Part shown: piece by piece, positions 1 to 8,865 of the stretch | Layout of the letters: each line of letters opens with the position of its first letter | How positions within the stretch are numbered: position 1 is the stretch's first letter | IMG/VR virus record: IMGVR_UViG_3300045988_159421 | Source: a virus | Reading direction: 5' to 3' (one strand) | DNA length: 64,000 nucleotides | Position numbers and translations under genes: made by a program | The notes under the pieces: model-generated | What the model saw: only the letters and a program-made list of their open reading frames with translations | Told to the model about the DNA's origin: nothing | Database searches by the model: none

Positions 1-84
1 GCCTTTACACTGCTCACACAATGCTATCCTAAAGATACTAAGCTACCTAAAATAGATTTAGATTTATTTTTTAAAACACATACA

Positions 85-158
85 TGGCTGGGCGTAATAG
101 ATTCGAACTATTATTCCAGGAATCAAAATCCTGTGTCCTACCTTTGAACGAACACCCA
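85..158 (-). tRNA. tRNA-Gln (anticodon UUG)
   Basis: 74-nt cloverleaf folded by hand on the minus strand. Acceptor TGGGTGT/ACGCCCA (one G-U), D stem GTTC/GGAC, anticodon stem CAGGA/TCCTG with loop TTTTGAT (UUG), T arm AATAG-TTCGAAT-CTATT, discriminator G, encoded CCA. Confidence 0.85.
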
Positions 159-172
159 ATATTTAACTGATA

Positions 173-223
173 ATTATATTCTAATCTCCCAACAATACTT
201 TTTCAATCGGAACATATTCCTAA
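173..223 (-). promoter_or_regulatory. Conserved motif copy 1 (TTAGGAATATGTTCCGATTG on minus) plus TATAAT, 25 nt downstream; drives tRNA-Gln
   Basis: Motif at 204-223 and TATAAT at 173-178 on the minus strand. The tRNA 5' end lies about 15 nt after the -10 box. Confidence 0.55.
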
Positions 224-250
224 TAAAAAAAGCCAGATTTCTCTGACTTT
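224..250 (-). terminator. Rho-independent terminator after the recombinase gene
   Basis: Minus strand AGTCAGA-gaaa-TCTGGCT hairpin (one mismatch) followed by a T7 run. Confidence 0.5.
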
Positions 251-271
251 TAAAATGTATTATTTATTTTC

Positions 272-853
272 TTATTGATATTCTTTCATTCTTCTAATTA
301 GTGTAGCTTTGCTTATTCCTGTTACTTCTGTAACTTGCTTATAACTCATGCCACTTTGCTTTAGATCAATGGCATGCTTAATTTGTTTGTTTGAATACTT
401 TTGCGGTCTACCTTCTGTAAAATCTTCTCTTTGTTTTGCTATCGCCTTACCTTCTTTTGTTCTTTCAACTATCATATCTCTTTCAAATTCAGCAAATGCA
501 AGGAAAATAGTTCTTGTTAATTTTCCATTAGGTGTATTATCCATTAATCCTAAGTTTACTATATGAACTTTTATATCTTGTTCTAGTAACTTATCTATTA
601 TGCTTAATCCGTGTATTGTACTTCTAGCAAATCTGTCTAATTTAGTTACTACTAATGTGTCTCCTGGTTTTAATTGTTTAAGAAGTTTATCGAAATTTTT
701 TCTATCTTCTTGTTTCTTTGTTCCAGTAAAAGAATCAACTACGATATTTTCTTTTAAACATCCATTTGCTAATAGTATTTCTGTTTGGCCTTCTAATGAG
801 TTACCATCTTTCTTTTGTGAATAAGTACTAACTCTTGCATATCCGTATTTCAT
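272..853 (-). CDS. Small serine recombinase (resolvase/invertase family)
   Basis: N-terminal YARVSTxxQ catalytic-serine motif, 193 aa, C-terminal HTH ([20 protein letters not shown]). TTTACA-17 nt-TACAAT promoter upstream. Confidence 0.9.
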   Translation of the reverse strand: MKYGYARVSTYSQKKDGNSLEGQTEILLANGCLKENIVVDSFTGTKKQEDRKNFDKLLKQLKPGDTLVVTKLDRFARSTIHGLSIIDKLLEQDIKVHIVNLGLMDNTPNGKLTRTIFLAFAEFERDMIVERTKEGKAIAKQREDFTEGRPQKYSNKQIKHAIDLKQSGMSYKQVTEVTGISKATLIRRMKEYQ

Positions 854-953
854 ATTTACAACCCCCTATGATTTATCTTTTATACTTATATTGTATCATA
901 AGTCTTAAGAGTTGTAAACCTAATTATAAAAATTTAACTTTTATTTTTAACGT

Positions 954-2219
954 TTAAATATACGCAAATGTATATCCATAAGTTGTTTTTTGTTTTCCTT
1001 GTAACACTTTTTCTATGCTTTTTCTTGGAATATCAAGTTTTCTTGCACAAACTCCTATTCCTTCAATAATTTCTTCTGAATTATCTTTTAAATTTGTTGC
1101 TTTAATAGTTTTCTTAGGAGTAACTTTTTTACTATATTTAGCTTTTATTGCTAATATAGAAGTATAATCCTTACTTTCTATATATGGAATTAACTGTTGT
1201 TTTACATTTATAGCATCTTCTTCTGTTTTAAAATGACCTATTGGTATCTGATTTCCATTAAAGGTTATTCTTAAAAACCAGCTTTTAGCTTTAACATCAT
1301 AATTAATGCCTTTTACATCAGATTTATACATAGTAGTATTTTTCTTGTTTCGCATATTATGTAAAAAAGAATAATCTATTTTCTGTCTTTCACGCATTTT
1401 TTCATATGTTTTTCTGCAACAATCCATATATTTTTCCATTTCAATATGTGTTGTTATTCCTATTTGTTTACCTTTTAAAAACTTTTCTTTATTTCGCAAA
1501 TCATTAACTTCTTTAAAAATCAAAGAAAAATCTTTAACATTGCTTTTTTTTAAAATTCTTTTAATTGTATCTTGAGAAAGTTTATATTTTTCACTAATTT
1601 CATTAAGTAAGTATTTTTTAGAATATAAATCTTTAACTATATTTTCATTTCTAGTTTCTTTATTATTTATAATTTTAAGTTTTTCATTTAAATCAGATCT
1701 AACATCTACCCATGAATTAAGATATTTAACATTATAAATAACTTTTTCTCTTACTCCAGTTAATCTAGCTATTTTCTTTATAGAGATTGGATTATTTTCT
1801 AGTTCCGATAACATTTCTTTAACTTTAGCAATTTGATGTTCTGTATAATCACTTCTTTCTCTAGTTACCTTCTTTAAATTTTCTAATCTTTTCTTTCGTA
1901 TTTCCTCTGGAATCTCATTTAAAAAATAATCTCCACCTTCTGTCATATTAAATCCATTATTATAAGTATCATATTTTTTTATATAATACTTTTCTAAATC
2001 ATTTAAAATGTCAAGTTCATCACAATAATGTATAGCTTTAAACTTAAAAGCACCTTCTCCATATTTATTCCAACTTCTTTGAAGATATTCATTGTCATGA
2101 TTTCCTCTGTTCAAAGCACTTATATGACTTTTCCATCTTTTTTCAAAATCTTGAATTGTTTGCCCTATATACATATCGCCTGTTACTACATTTGTTATTG
2201 AGTAAATTCCAAAAGGCAT
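954..2219 (-). CDS. GIY-YIG homing endonuclease with AP2-like and HTH DNA-binding modules
   Basis: GIYSITN...YIGQT...R..H N-terminal GIY-YIG motif. C-terminal GINYD...W...I..NG....GHF AP2-type segment. Confidence 0.8.
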   Translation of the reverse strand: MPFGIYSITNVVTGDMYIGQTIQDFEKRWKSHISALNRGNHDNEYLQRSWNKYGEGAFKFKAIHYCDELDILNDLEKYYIKKYDTYNNGFNMTEGGDYFLNEIPEEIRKKRLENLKKVTRERSDYTEHQIAKVKEMLSELENNPISIKKIARLTGVREKVIYNVKYLNSWVDVRSDLNEKLKIINNKETRNENIVKDLYSKKYLLNEISEKYKLSQDTIKRILKKSNVKDFSLIFKEVNDLRNKEKFLKGKQIGITTHIEMEKYMDCCRKTYEKMRERQKIDYSFLHNMRNKKNTTMYKSDVKGINYDVKAKSWFLRITFNGNQIPIGHFKTEEDAINVKQQLIPYIESKDYTSILAIKAKYSKKVTPKKTIKATNLKDNSEEIIEGIGVCARKLDIPRKSIEKVLQGKQKTTYGYTFAYI

Positions 2220-2758
2220 TCTCTTACCCCCTTATCGAAAGTTTTAAAAAAATTTTTGTGGAATTTTTTGAGATTTTGTTTTACTTGTTATCCCTCAGGT
2301 TTCAAAAAATATATTGCAACACTATAGCCCTTGGCGCACGCGTTGAAAATACTGGGGTATAGAATGCACCGCCCTCTTACCTGGAGTACCCTACCCCACC
2401 GAGAGACCCTTGTTTTGCCTTGTTACTTATGACACTAAGTTATAAGACAAGTAAACATATTGATATTACTTACTGTGTCAAAGTGTATCATAACTTATAA
2501 GTATTGATACCTTATAGAGTACTATTAATGCTGTTGTCTTTTACTATACTGGTCTTACTGTTCACTCTATTGTCTTATACCCTCTGTGCGCCCCTCTAAG
2601 ACGTTGCGCTTTGTCTTGTTTGTCCTTATTCTATTGGTAATATATTCCTTGTCTTAATAGTTGTTATAGCTTAATACTATTAAAATGACTATTCCAACAG
2701 ATTTTCAACAGCGACACCTCTTAAATACGGACCGCGATAAGCGCCCACATATAATCCC
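2220..2758 (-). ncRNA. Candidate large structured RNA (class unassigned)
   Basis: About 540 nt with no credible ORF, visibly G+C-enriched relative to its flanks. Many hairpins plus a long-range helix pairing 2342-2350 with 2701-2709 (extendable to about 15 bp). Strand assigned from purine richness and gene context only. Confidence 0.35.
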
Positions 2759-3220
2759 CTACGATATTTCACTATCTTTTATATCTATTACATTCCCTTC
2801 TATAACATCTGAATCATTAAAGTCATCCCAAGAAGGTTCATTATTATTTTCTTTTTCAGTTTCAGGAGTAATAACTGTTTTAGTTTCCACTTTTGAAATT
2901 GGAGCGCCAGCCAATCTATTAAGTAAGTATATGCTTGCATCTAGTCTAACCTTCTCGCTCTTAGCTGATCTTGATAGGTCGAGAATATTTTGTAAAAGTT
3001 GATTAGAGAATTTCATTATACGATTGTCAACTTTATTTTTAGCAACTTCATATTGTCTATCAAGTTCTTCCATGAATTCTGGTCTTTTCTTCCAGCGCAT
3101 TATAGTTTTTTCACAAACATCTAATTGGTCTGCTACTTCTTTATTAGTTGCACCATACACTAATAATTCTGCTGCAATTAATTGGTCTTCTGTTAACCTA
3201 GAATCTTTTTCTCGTGGCAT
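2759..3220 (-). CDS. HTH protein (terminase-small-subunit-like / phBC6A51-type HTH)
   Basis: N-terminal HTH LIAAELLVYGATNKEVADQLDVCEKTIMRWKKRPEF. ATG at 3220 sits behind a GGAGGG RBS. No large terminase gene is adjacent. Confidence 0.4.
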   Translation of the reverse strand: MPREKDSRLTEDQLIAAELLVYGATNKEVADQLDVCEKTIMRWKKRPEFMEELDRQYEVAKNKVDNRIMKFSNQLLQNILDLSRSAKSEKVRLDASIYLLNRLAGAPISKVETKTVITPETEKENNNEPSWDDFNDSDVIEGNVIDIKDSEIS

Positions 3221-3222
3221 AA

Positions 3223-3732
3223 TCAATTACCCTCCTTCCTTTTTATTTCTTCTCTTAAGTGATAATATAAAATTTTATGGACCATTGAAGGTGATTCTTT
3301 TCTATCACATGCAATAATATGAAGATTATCGAATTTGGCCATTAATGAAATTACCATAGCCGCGCTAGCGTTAGGATGAACATGGCTTATATATTCACCT
3401 TTTAAAAGTTTGATATAATAATCCTTGTCTTGTATAAGCAAGAATAATTTAACTCCTGCTTTTTTTGCTCTTTTTAGTTCTCTTATAAAACGGTTATCTT
3501 TATTTTCGTCTTTTATTGGATCCATTAAGTTTCCTAGCAGTTCATCTAATCCTGCTTTTCTTTCTATTAAAATATTAGGTATATATTCTCCTTGATATCT
3601 AATAGCATAATCTCCAGTATCTAATTTTTCTCTAGTGGCCTGTATTCCATTTTTTATAAGAGTGTCTTGGATTAATGTATCTTGTTCTCTTGTATCGCAT
3701 ATAATTTCGTAATCTTCATTTTTTATTTTCAT
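3223..3732 (-). CDS. ERCC4/Mus81-type nuclease domain protein
   Basis: DTREQ ... GDY ... IERKAGLDELLGNL matches the ERK-type ERCC4 nuclease motif. Confidence 0.55.
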   Translation of the reverse strand: MKIKNEDYEIICDTREQDTLIQDTLIKNGIQATREKLDTGDYAIRYQGEYIPNILIERKAGLDELLGNLMDPIKDENKDNRFIRELKRAKKAGVKLFLLIQDKDYYIKLLKGEYISHVHPNASAAMVISLMAKFDNLHIIACDRKESPSMVHKILYYHLREEIKRKEGN

Positions 3733-3899
3733 ATTATCCCCTTCTATAAGCTAAACATATTGAATTTGCAACATTTATAGAGGTTTATGCCGTAGGCAAT
3801 TAAGAGAAATTCTGTTCTGTATATAATATATAAGAGTTAAGCACCTTTAAAAGTCTTATAATTATTAGAAAATCAATATTTTAAAGTTTTTTTATACTA

Positions 3900-3951
3900 T
3901 CGGTTCGAGTTAGGTTTTTGGATTAATTTTGTCGGTTCGAGCTGGGTTTTT
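3900..3951. repeat. Two 20-bp direct repeats, TCGGTTCGAGYTRGGTTTTT
   Basis: Copies at 3900-3919 and 3932-3951, with 12 bp between them (32-bp period), in an intergenic region. Confidence 0.6.
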
Positions 3952-3996
3952 TATAATACTTATAAGCATAAAAAAATAAGGGTTAACTAATTTCCC

Positions 3997-4911
3997 TTAT
4001 TTAAAAAAACAATAATTTATTATTTCTCTTATTTCTTCTGTGTTGTTTCCTCCCCAAATTACGAGAGGATTTATTATATAATAATCTTTTGTTTTTTCTC
4101 CTGCATATACTTTTGAGTATGCAAATAAATAATATTTATGCCCATCTACCTTTATATGAAATTTTCTCAAACTGTCTCTAAAAAGATACATTGAATTTTG
4201 TTTTGTACTTAACCCTAATAATTCACAAATATCTTTTAAACTTAATTTATCTAGCCTTCCAATATCAACTTCCAAAGGATTTTTACATAATATATTTAAT
4301 TTCCAATTTGCATAAGGTATTAATTGAAATACATAGGATAAAGTTTTATGCTGCCTAATTGTAGTATGTTCATACAAATATCTAGTTGTATTAATCATTA
4401 TTCTTACATACTCTTTATTTTTATAAAAATTTTCACCTTTACTAAAATACTTAGGATTTAGATAAAACTTTTCTTCTACTTCAAAAATAAGATTGTGTTT
4501 TTTCATATCACTTAAAAAAGCTAAAAAAGCATCTCTTTTTAATCCTAGTTTTTGTTGAATCTCTTTCTTTGTCATATGCTCTACTTTATTGTTTTTTTTA
4601 TGTAATATAAGCAAATTTTCTTTTCTGTCATTATAATCAATATATGTAGCTAAATAAATTATTCTTGCTATATTAGCTCTGTCAATATCCAAATCGTAGA
4701 AAAGTAACTTTTTATTTACATAAAACATATGAACAAAGCCTCCTTGCTTGTTGCAATACTTCTTTAAATCATTTTTTCTATTAATTAATCTTTTCTGTTT
4801 CGGAGTTAACTTTTTAGATTGTTTCTGAATAACTAACTCTTCATCATTTTCTATTTTAAAATTATCTAGGAGATCTTCTGTTTCTGAGTTTACTATTAAA
4901 ACATCTTTCAT
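3997..4911 (-). CDS. Hypothetical protein, possibly a winged-helix replication/regulatory protein
   Basis: Long ORF. ATG at 4911 sits behind an AAGGAG RBS. No diagnostic motif recognised. Confidence 0.5.
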   Translation of the reverse strand: MKDVLIVNSETEDLLDNFKIENDEELVIQKQSKKLTPKQKRLINRKNDLKKYCNKQGGFVHMFYVNKKLLFYDLDIDRANIARIIYLATYIDYNDRKENLLILHKKNNKVEHMTKKEIQQKLGLKRDAFLAFLSDMKKHNLIFEVEEKFYLNPKYFSKGENFYKNKEYVRIMINTTRYLYEHTTIRQHKTLSYVFQLIPYANWKLNILCKNPLEVDIGRLDKLSLKDICELLGLSTKQNSMYLFRDSLRKFHIKVDGHKYYLFAYSKVYAGEKTKDYYIINPLVIWGGNNTEEIREIINYCFFK

Positions 4912-5127
4912 TTCACATATCTCCTTTTTCAAAATAAAAAAGACAGTCCTGAAAAGACTGCCTTTACTTTGATACAATTAATGCATCTTAATATAATTAT
5001 AGCATACTTTTTTTAAGTTTTAAATGAATTTTAAATACAATGTTTTAATTTAATCAAGTTTTAATAAATAGCAAATTTTTGGTAATTTAAGCATGTTATA
5101 ATTGAAATAAAGGAGGTGTAACATTAA

Positions 5128-5862
5128 GTGAATAATACACAAATATTAGCTAAACACTGTAAAAAAGTTGAAGTAAAAGAACTTAAAGAAAAAGATAATT
5201 GTTTTTTGTGTGGTTGTGAAATAAAAAAAGGTATTCCTGTAAAAAAAGTTATCAGTAGTAATTTTACAAACTTTGAATTCTGTAAAAATATAAATGGTAA
5301 TAATTGCTGTCAAGATTGTGCATCAACTATAAAAAATGCTGATTTAAGAAAAAATAGCTTTGTTGCGGATAAAGATAATCTGTATTTGCTAAAGAAAAAC
5401 GATATAGAGAATTATTTATTTGACTTAGACAAATATGTAAAAGGTGAATTCGTAGTAGGCATTACTGTATCATTTAAAAAACATAATTCTTTTAGATGCA
5501 GAGTCAATCAAGACACTTTGAAGTATTATATAAGACAAGAAGACAAAGAATTTCTGTTTGATGTAAAAGAAATGAAATATTTGTATAGCAAACTTAATGA
5601 GGCTTATTTGCAATTTTCAAAAGATGAAATATTATCAGGAAACTATTCAACTATTGCTATTGAACAATTTGGATTAGATAAATTTATCGAATATGAAACT
5701 TTATTTAGAAAATACAGAAAATCATATCAATTTGAGCTACTTGTATATATTCTAAATTCAGAACGTAGAAATGAATATATAAAACAAAAACAGAAAGAAC
5801 AAAAAGAACAAGCAGCTAAATTAAAAGCTATTAAAAAGCAATCTAAAAAAGGGGGAAAATAA
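5128..5862 (+). CDS. csf1: Csf1-like (Cas8-like large subunit, type IV)
   Basis: First gene of the operon, GTG start behind an AAAGGAGGTG RBS. N-terminal Cys pairs CFLCGC ... CCQDC (zinc finger). The call rests on size and operon position. Confidence 0.5.
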   Translation: MNNTQILAKHCKKVEVKELKEKDNCFLCGCEIKKGIPVKKVISSNFTNFEFCKNINGNNCCQDCASTIKNADLRKNSFVADKDNLYLLKKNDIENYLFDLDKYVKGEFVVGITVSFKKHNSFRCRVNQDTLKYYIRQEDKEFLFDVKEMKYLYSKLNEAYLQFSKDEILSGNYSTIAIEQFGLDKFIEYETLFRKYRKSYQFELLVYILNSERRNEYIKQKQKEQKEQAAKLKAIKKQSKKGGK

Positions 5863-5863
5863 T

Positions 5864-6238
5864 ATGGATAAAAACATACAACAATATTGTGTTTCAACAT
5901 TATCTGAAATTTGGGCGCAAATAGATTGGGATAAAGTAAAAGGTAGCAGAGCACTTGGTATTTGGGATGAATTTACAGCTAAAGTAAAATCTACTGCTAT
6001 GACTACTACTAGTTATGAAACTTTTGTAGAAAAACTTTGTAGAAAAATGGACGTAAGAAGTTTAAGATTTGCTATGATTAGTGAAATTTCAGAATTGAGC
6101 GAAGATATAAAAAAACAAATATTAAAATGTTTTAGATCAGAAACTCAAATTATAATTTTGAAACTTAGACTTCAAAATCAAATAAGAAAAGAACAAATGC
6201 AAAGAGAAAAAGAAGCAGCTGCAAATAAGGAGGATTAG
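5864..6238 (+). CDS. cas11: Cas11-like small subunit
   Basis: 124 aa, helical and charged, 1-nt gap after csf1 and 3-nt gap before the Cas7-like gene. Call based on position and size only. Confidence 0.4.
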   Translation: MDKNIQQYCVSTLSEIWAQIDWDKVKGSRALGIWDEFTAKVKSTAMTTTSYETFVEKLCRKMDVRSLRFAMISEISELSEDIKKQILKCFRSETQIIILKLRLQNQIRKEQMQREKEAAANKED

Positions 6239-6241
6239 AGA

Positions 6242-7072
6242 ATGAAAAAAGATATAACATTAAAATTGTTAAGCCCGCTTATGCATTATGGGGACGAAAG
6301 AATGGGTACTATGCAAGTAGCTAGATGTATGAAATTTGAATATAACGGAGAATTTATAGATATACCAGTTTATAGTGGAAATGCTTTTAGAGGAATTATG
6401 AGACGTATTGCAATGAGAGATTTCTTAGAAAAAATAGACATAGCAGAAGAAGGCATAAGTCCTAAATTATATTATTTACTTTTCACAGGTGGAACTCTTA
6501 CAGGAGGCGGGCGCTTTTGTGAAATAGGTGAAAAAAGAGAAATGAGACGTTTATGTATTCCACTTAGTTTATTTGGAAGTGCAATTGGAGATCAAATTCC
6601 AGAAGGTAAAATGAAAGTCGGAATTTTCAAACCTATTTGCCAAGAAACAGCTGAGTATACAGGGAAACCTAGTAATGTATCTTTTTATGACATGTTAGAT
6701 GAAATATTCTATACTAGACACGATGATCTAAAATGCACTAATTATGATTTAATAAAAGATTCAGAAGATAAAAAGGATAAAAAAGATAATCCTGTTCAAA
6801 TGAAATATGAAATGCAAGCATTAAGTGCTGGAACTAACTTAGTTTCTTCAATTGTAATAGAAAATTCTAATGACATAGAAGAATCTTGCTTAGAATCTAT
6901 AATAGAAAAATTCAAAGAAATGCCTTTTATAGGTGGTAAAAGTGCTACAGGACATGGTGAAGTTGAAGTATTTTATGAAGGTAAAAAAGGTTCTGAGTTA
7001 TATTATAATCATCTAGAACAAAACAAAGATGAAATAAGGGAATGGCTTAGAAATTTAGAAGGGAAATTATAA
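6242..7072 (+). CDS. csf2: Csf2-like Cas7 backbone RAMP protein
   Basis: The motif VYSGNAFRGIMRR near the N-terminus and the FTGGTLTGG glycine loop are typical of Cas7/Csf2-family RAMPs. Confidence 0.65.
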   Translation: MKKDITLKLLSPLMHYGDERMGTMQVARCMKFEYNGEFIDIPVYSGNAFRGIMRRIAMRDFLEKIDIAEEGISPKLYYLLFTGGTLTGGGRFCEIGEKREMRRLCIPLSLFGSAIGDQIPEGKMKVGIFKPICQETAEYTGKPSNVSFYDMLDEIFYTRHDDLKCTNYDLIKDSEDKKDKKDNPVQMKYEMQALSAGTNLVSSIVIENSNDIEESCLESIIEKFKEMPFIGGKSATGHGEVEVFYEGKKGSELYYNHLEQNKDEIREWLRNLEGKL

Positions 7073-7074
7073 AA

Positions 7075-7863
7075 ATGACACTTGATAATTTCTTAGAAAT
7101 AGGTTCAATATGGTCTGCCTCTAATCAATTTCTCAGAAAATTACAAAACTCAAAAGAAATTGTTAAAGAACAACTATTAAAATATGATAAACCGTATATT
7201 TGTTTAAGTGGTGGTAAAGATAGTGTTGTAATGGCCTTTTTAATTGCTGATGTAATACAACATGATATAAAAGATTATAAAGGAGATATTATATTGTGGG
7301 GGCATGTTAGTGATGCATCTTATCCAGGAACAATTGAAACTATGGAAAAAGTATCTAGTCAAACTGGAATAAAACTTGTTCTAGATACTTCTCCAGTATC
7401 TGCTTTTGAAGTTTTGGACGATTCTGTTGTAAAGCAATTCGGTAAACAAGGTTATTTCTTTGATGCTATAGAAAATTGTATAAATACTTACGAAAGAAAT
7501 TTAAGTTTTATAGGTGTAAGAGCATATGAAAGTAGAAGAAGGATGAGAGCAGTAAAAGCTCATGGTATGACTTTTACTTCTAATGTACCTACATTCTGTA
7601 ATATATGCTATCCTCTTGCTTGGTATAAACTAGAGGACGTTGCAGCATTAACTTATATGTATAATACTCCTATTCACCCTGTTTACTCAAAAGTAGATAC
7701 TAGATTAAAATATAGTTGCACAGATGAAGGCTGGATAAGACTAGGTTATTTAACTGCTAAAGATTTGTTAAATCAAGGTTCTGCAGTATTTATAAAAAGA
7801 AATTATCCTGAGCAGTTTGAAAAGTTAGCTCAACATTATCCTGAAATAAGGAACTATATTTAA
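7075..7863 (+). CDS. PAPS-reductase family PP-loop protein (CysH-like)
   Basis: PP-loop LSGGKDSVV, about 260 aa, embedded between the cas7-like and cas5-like genes with a 2-nt gap. Confidence 0.65.
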   Translation: MTLDNFLEIGSIWSASNQFLRKLQNSKEIVKEQLLKYDKPYICLSGGKDSVVMAFLIADVIQHDIKDYKGDIILWGHVSDASYPGTIETMEKVSSQTGIKLVLDTSPVSAFEVLDDSVVKQFGKQGYFFDAIENCINTYERNLSFIGVRAYESRRRMRAVKAHGMTFTSNVPTFCNICYPLAWYKLEDVAALTYMYNTPIHPVYSKVDTRLKYSCTDEGWIRLGYLTAKDLLNQGSAVFIKRNYPEQFEKLAQHYPEIRNYI

Positions 7864-7880
7864 AAGGGGGTTGAAAATAT

Positions 7881-8582
7881 ATGTTTAAAAACTTCAAAGT
7901 AATAGCACATTTAGGAAGCCCTCTTTGTGCTATAGATGATATCATATTAGATTCTGTTATAAGTGCTGCAATGTACAAAGATTTACTTAAAGATGACTAT
8001 TATTTTGGTTCAAATAAGTACGGAACAAAAGAACAAATAGATAGTATGCTATCAACAATATTAGATAAGCAATATGGCATTTATTGTACAAGTTATGGTT
8101 TTGGAAATGACAGAGAAACTATTTCTAGTTGGTCCAAAAGGTTTGATGTAAAGAATGATGATCTAATAAAATTTACTGGAAAAGCTAAACATAGAGTTGA
8201 CTTAGGAGCTGGATACTTTAAAAATTATCATATACCTATAGTTTTAAAGTCAGTAAAGACTTTGACTTTCTATGTTAGAGGTGATATGGAAAGAATTAAA
8301 TATTTATTAGAAAATTATATTTTTTACCTTGGCAAAAAACCTTCACAAGGTTACGGAGAAATTAGATATTGGGAATTTGAAGAAATTAAAGATAATATAA
8401 GTGTATTAAATAAAGAAAATAAAAATATGAGAAATATTCCTTTTGATGAAATTAGTGATATACTCGAACAAAATGCTAGTACGAGTAAAAACAAATCAGA
8501 AGATTTTACATTTAATCTAAAAAAAATGCCAGTAATCCCACCTTATTGGAGACCAGATTGTAAAAAAGTTTGTGTGGTATAA
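7881..8582 (+). CDS. csf3: Csf3-like Cas5 RAMP protein
   Basis: N-terminal HLGSPLCAIDDIILDSVISAA and C-terminal glycine-rich GKKPSQGYGEI loop. Last gene of the operon, followed by a hairpin. Confidence 0.55.
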   Translation: MFKNFKVIAHLGSPLCAIDDIILDSVISAAMYKDLLKDDYYFGSNKYGTKEQIDSMLSTILDKQYGIYCTSYGFGNDRETISSWSKRFDVKNDDLIKFTGKAKHRVDLGAGYFKNYHIPIVLKSVKTLTFYVRGDMERIKYLLENYIFYLGKKPSQGYGEIRYWEFEEIKDNISVLNKENKNMRNIPFDEISDILEQNASTSKNKSEDFTFNLKKMPVIPPYWRPDCKKVCVV

Positions 8583-8610
8583 AATAAAAAGCTAGGAGAC
8601 TTAAAGCCTC

Positions 8611-8853
8611 TTAGCTTTCTTTACATTCATTTTCAATTATTCTATAAATATGTTCAGCCAACATTCTTTTACTTGGCTTACTAAGAAAAGTATCATATCT
8701 GTATAGAACTTTCTTACTTTTTAATAAATCAGAAATAACCATTCCTATTTCTATATTTCCGTTATTATAAATAATTCCCATTAAATAATCATCTTCTAAA
8801 TCACAAAATTCTTTTGCAATTTCATAGCATTTTCTTTTTGATATTTTTTTCAT
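8611..8853 (-). CDS. Hypothetical protein
   Basis: ORF with an RBS, convergent with csf3. Confidence 0.5.
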   Translation of the reverse strand: MKKISKRKCYEIAKEFCDLEDDYLMGIIYNNGNIEIGMVISDLLKSKKVLYRYDTFLSKPSKRMLAEHIYRIIENECKES

Positions 8854-8865
8854 ACTATTTCTCCT

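Noticed and set aside
85-158. Phage tRNA as a stop-codon suppressor that could explain the in-frame TAA at 18121.
   Set aside because: The anticodon loop reads UUUUGAU, giving a normal UUG (Gln, CAA) anticodon and not UUA or CUA.
348-824. Plus-strand ORFs 348-566 and 600-824. The same applies to 2156-2362, 2685-3002, 3024-3317, 5727-5954, 7790-7978, 8907-9089, 9536-9760, 11482-11868, 11532-11762, 12203-12418, 13019-13246, 14844-15095, 15488-15673, 20179-20391, 22625-22876, 24061-24261, 25428-25691, 26743-26958, 28616-28906, 30135-30404, 31319-31684, 32286-32471, 32659-32898, 35102-35326, 36606-36794, 36963-37154, 37411-37848, 42808-43023, 51362-51553, 51715-52053, 53993-54301, 57190-57411, 58186-58368, 60923-61285 and 61558-61842.
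   Set aside because: These are shadow ORFs antisense to, or overlapping, well-supported genes. They have low-complexity Phe/Leu/Ser-rich translations typical of AT-rich antisense frames, and no RBS.
954-2758. GIY-YIG ORF plus the upstream structured region as a group I intron.
   Set aside because: No interrupted host gene or exons flank it. There is no AGACUA/UAGUC P7 pair. The sequence 3' of the ORF (854-953) is AT-rich and contains the recombinase promoter rather than a ribozyme core.
2759-3226. Terminase small subunit marking the start of the packaging module.
   Set aside because: No large terminase, portal or capsid genes follow it on the minus strand. The structural module continues beyond the right edge of the window, so only an HTH protein can be supported.
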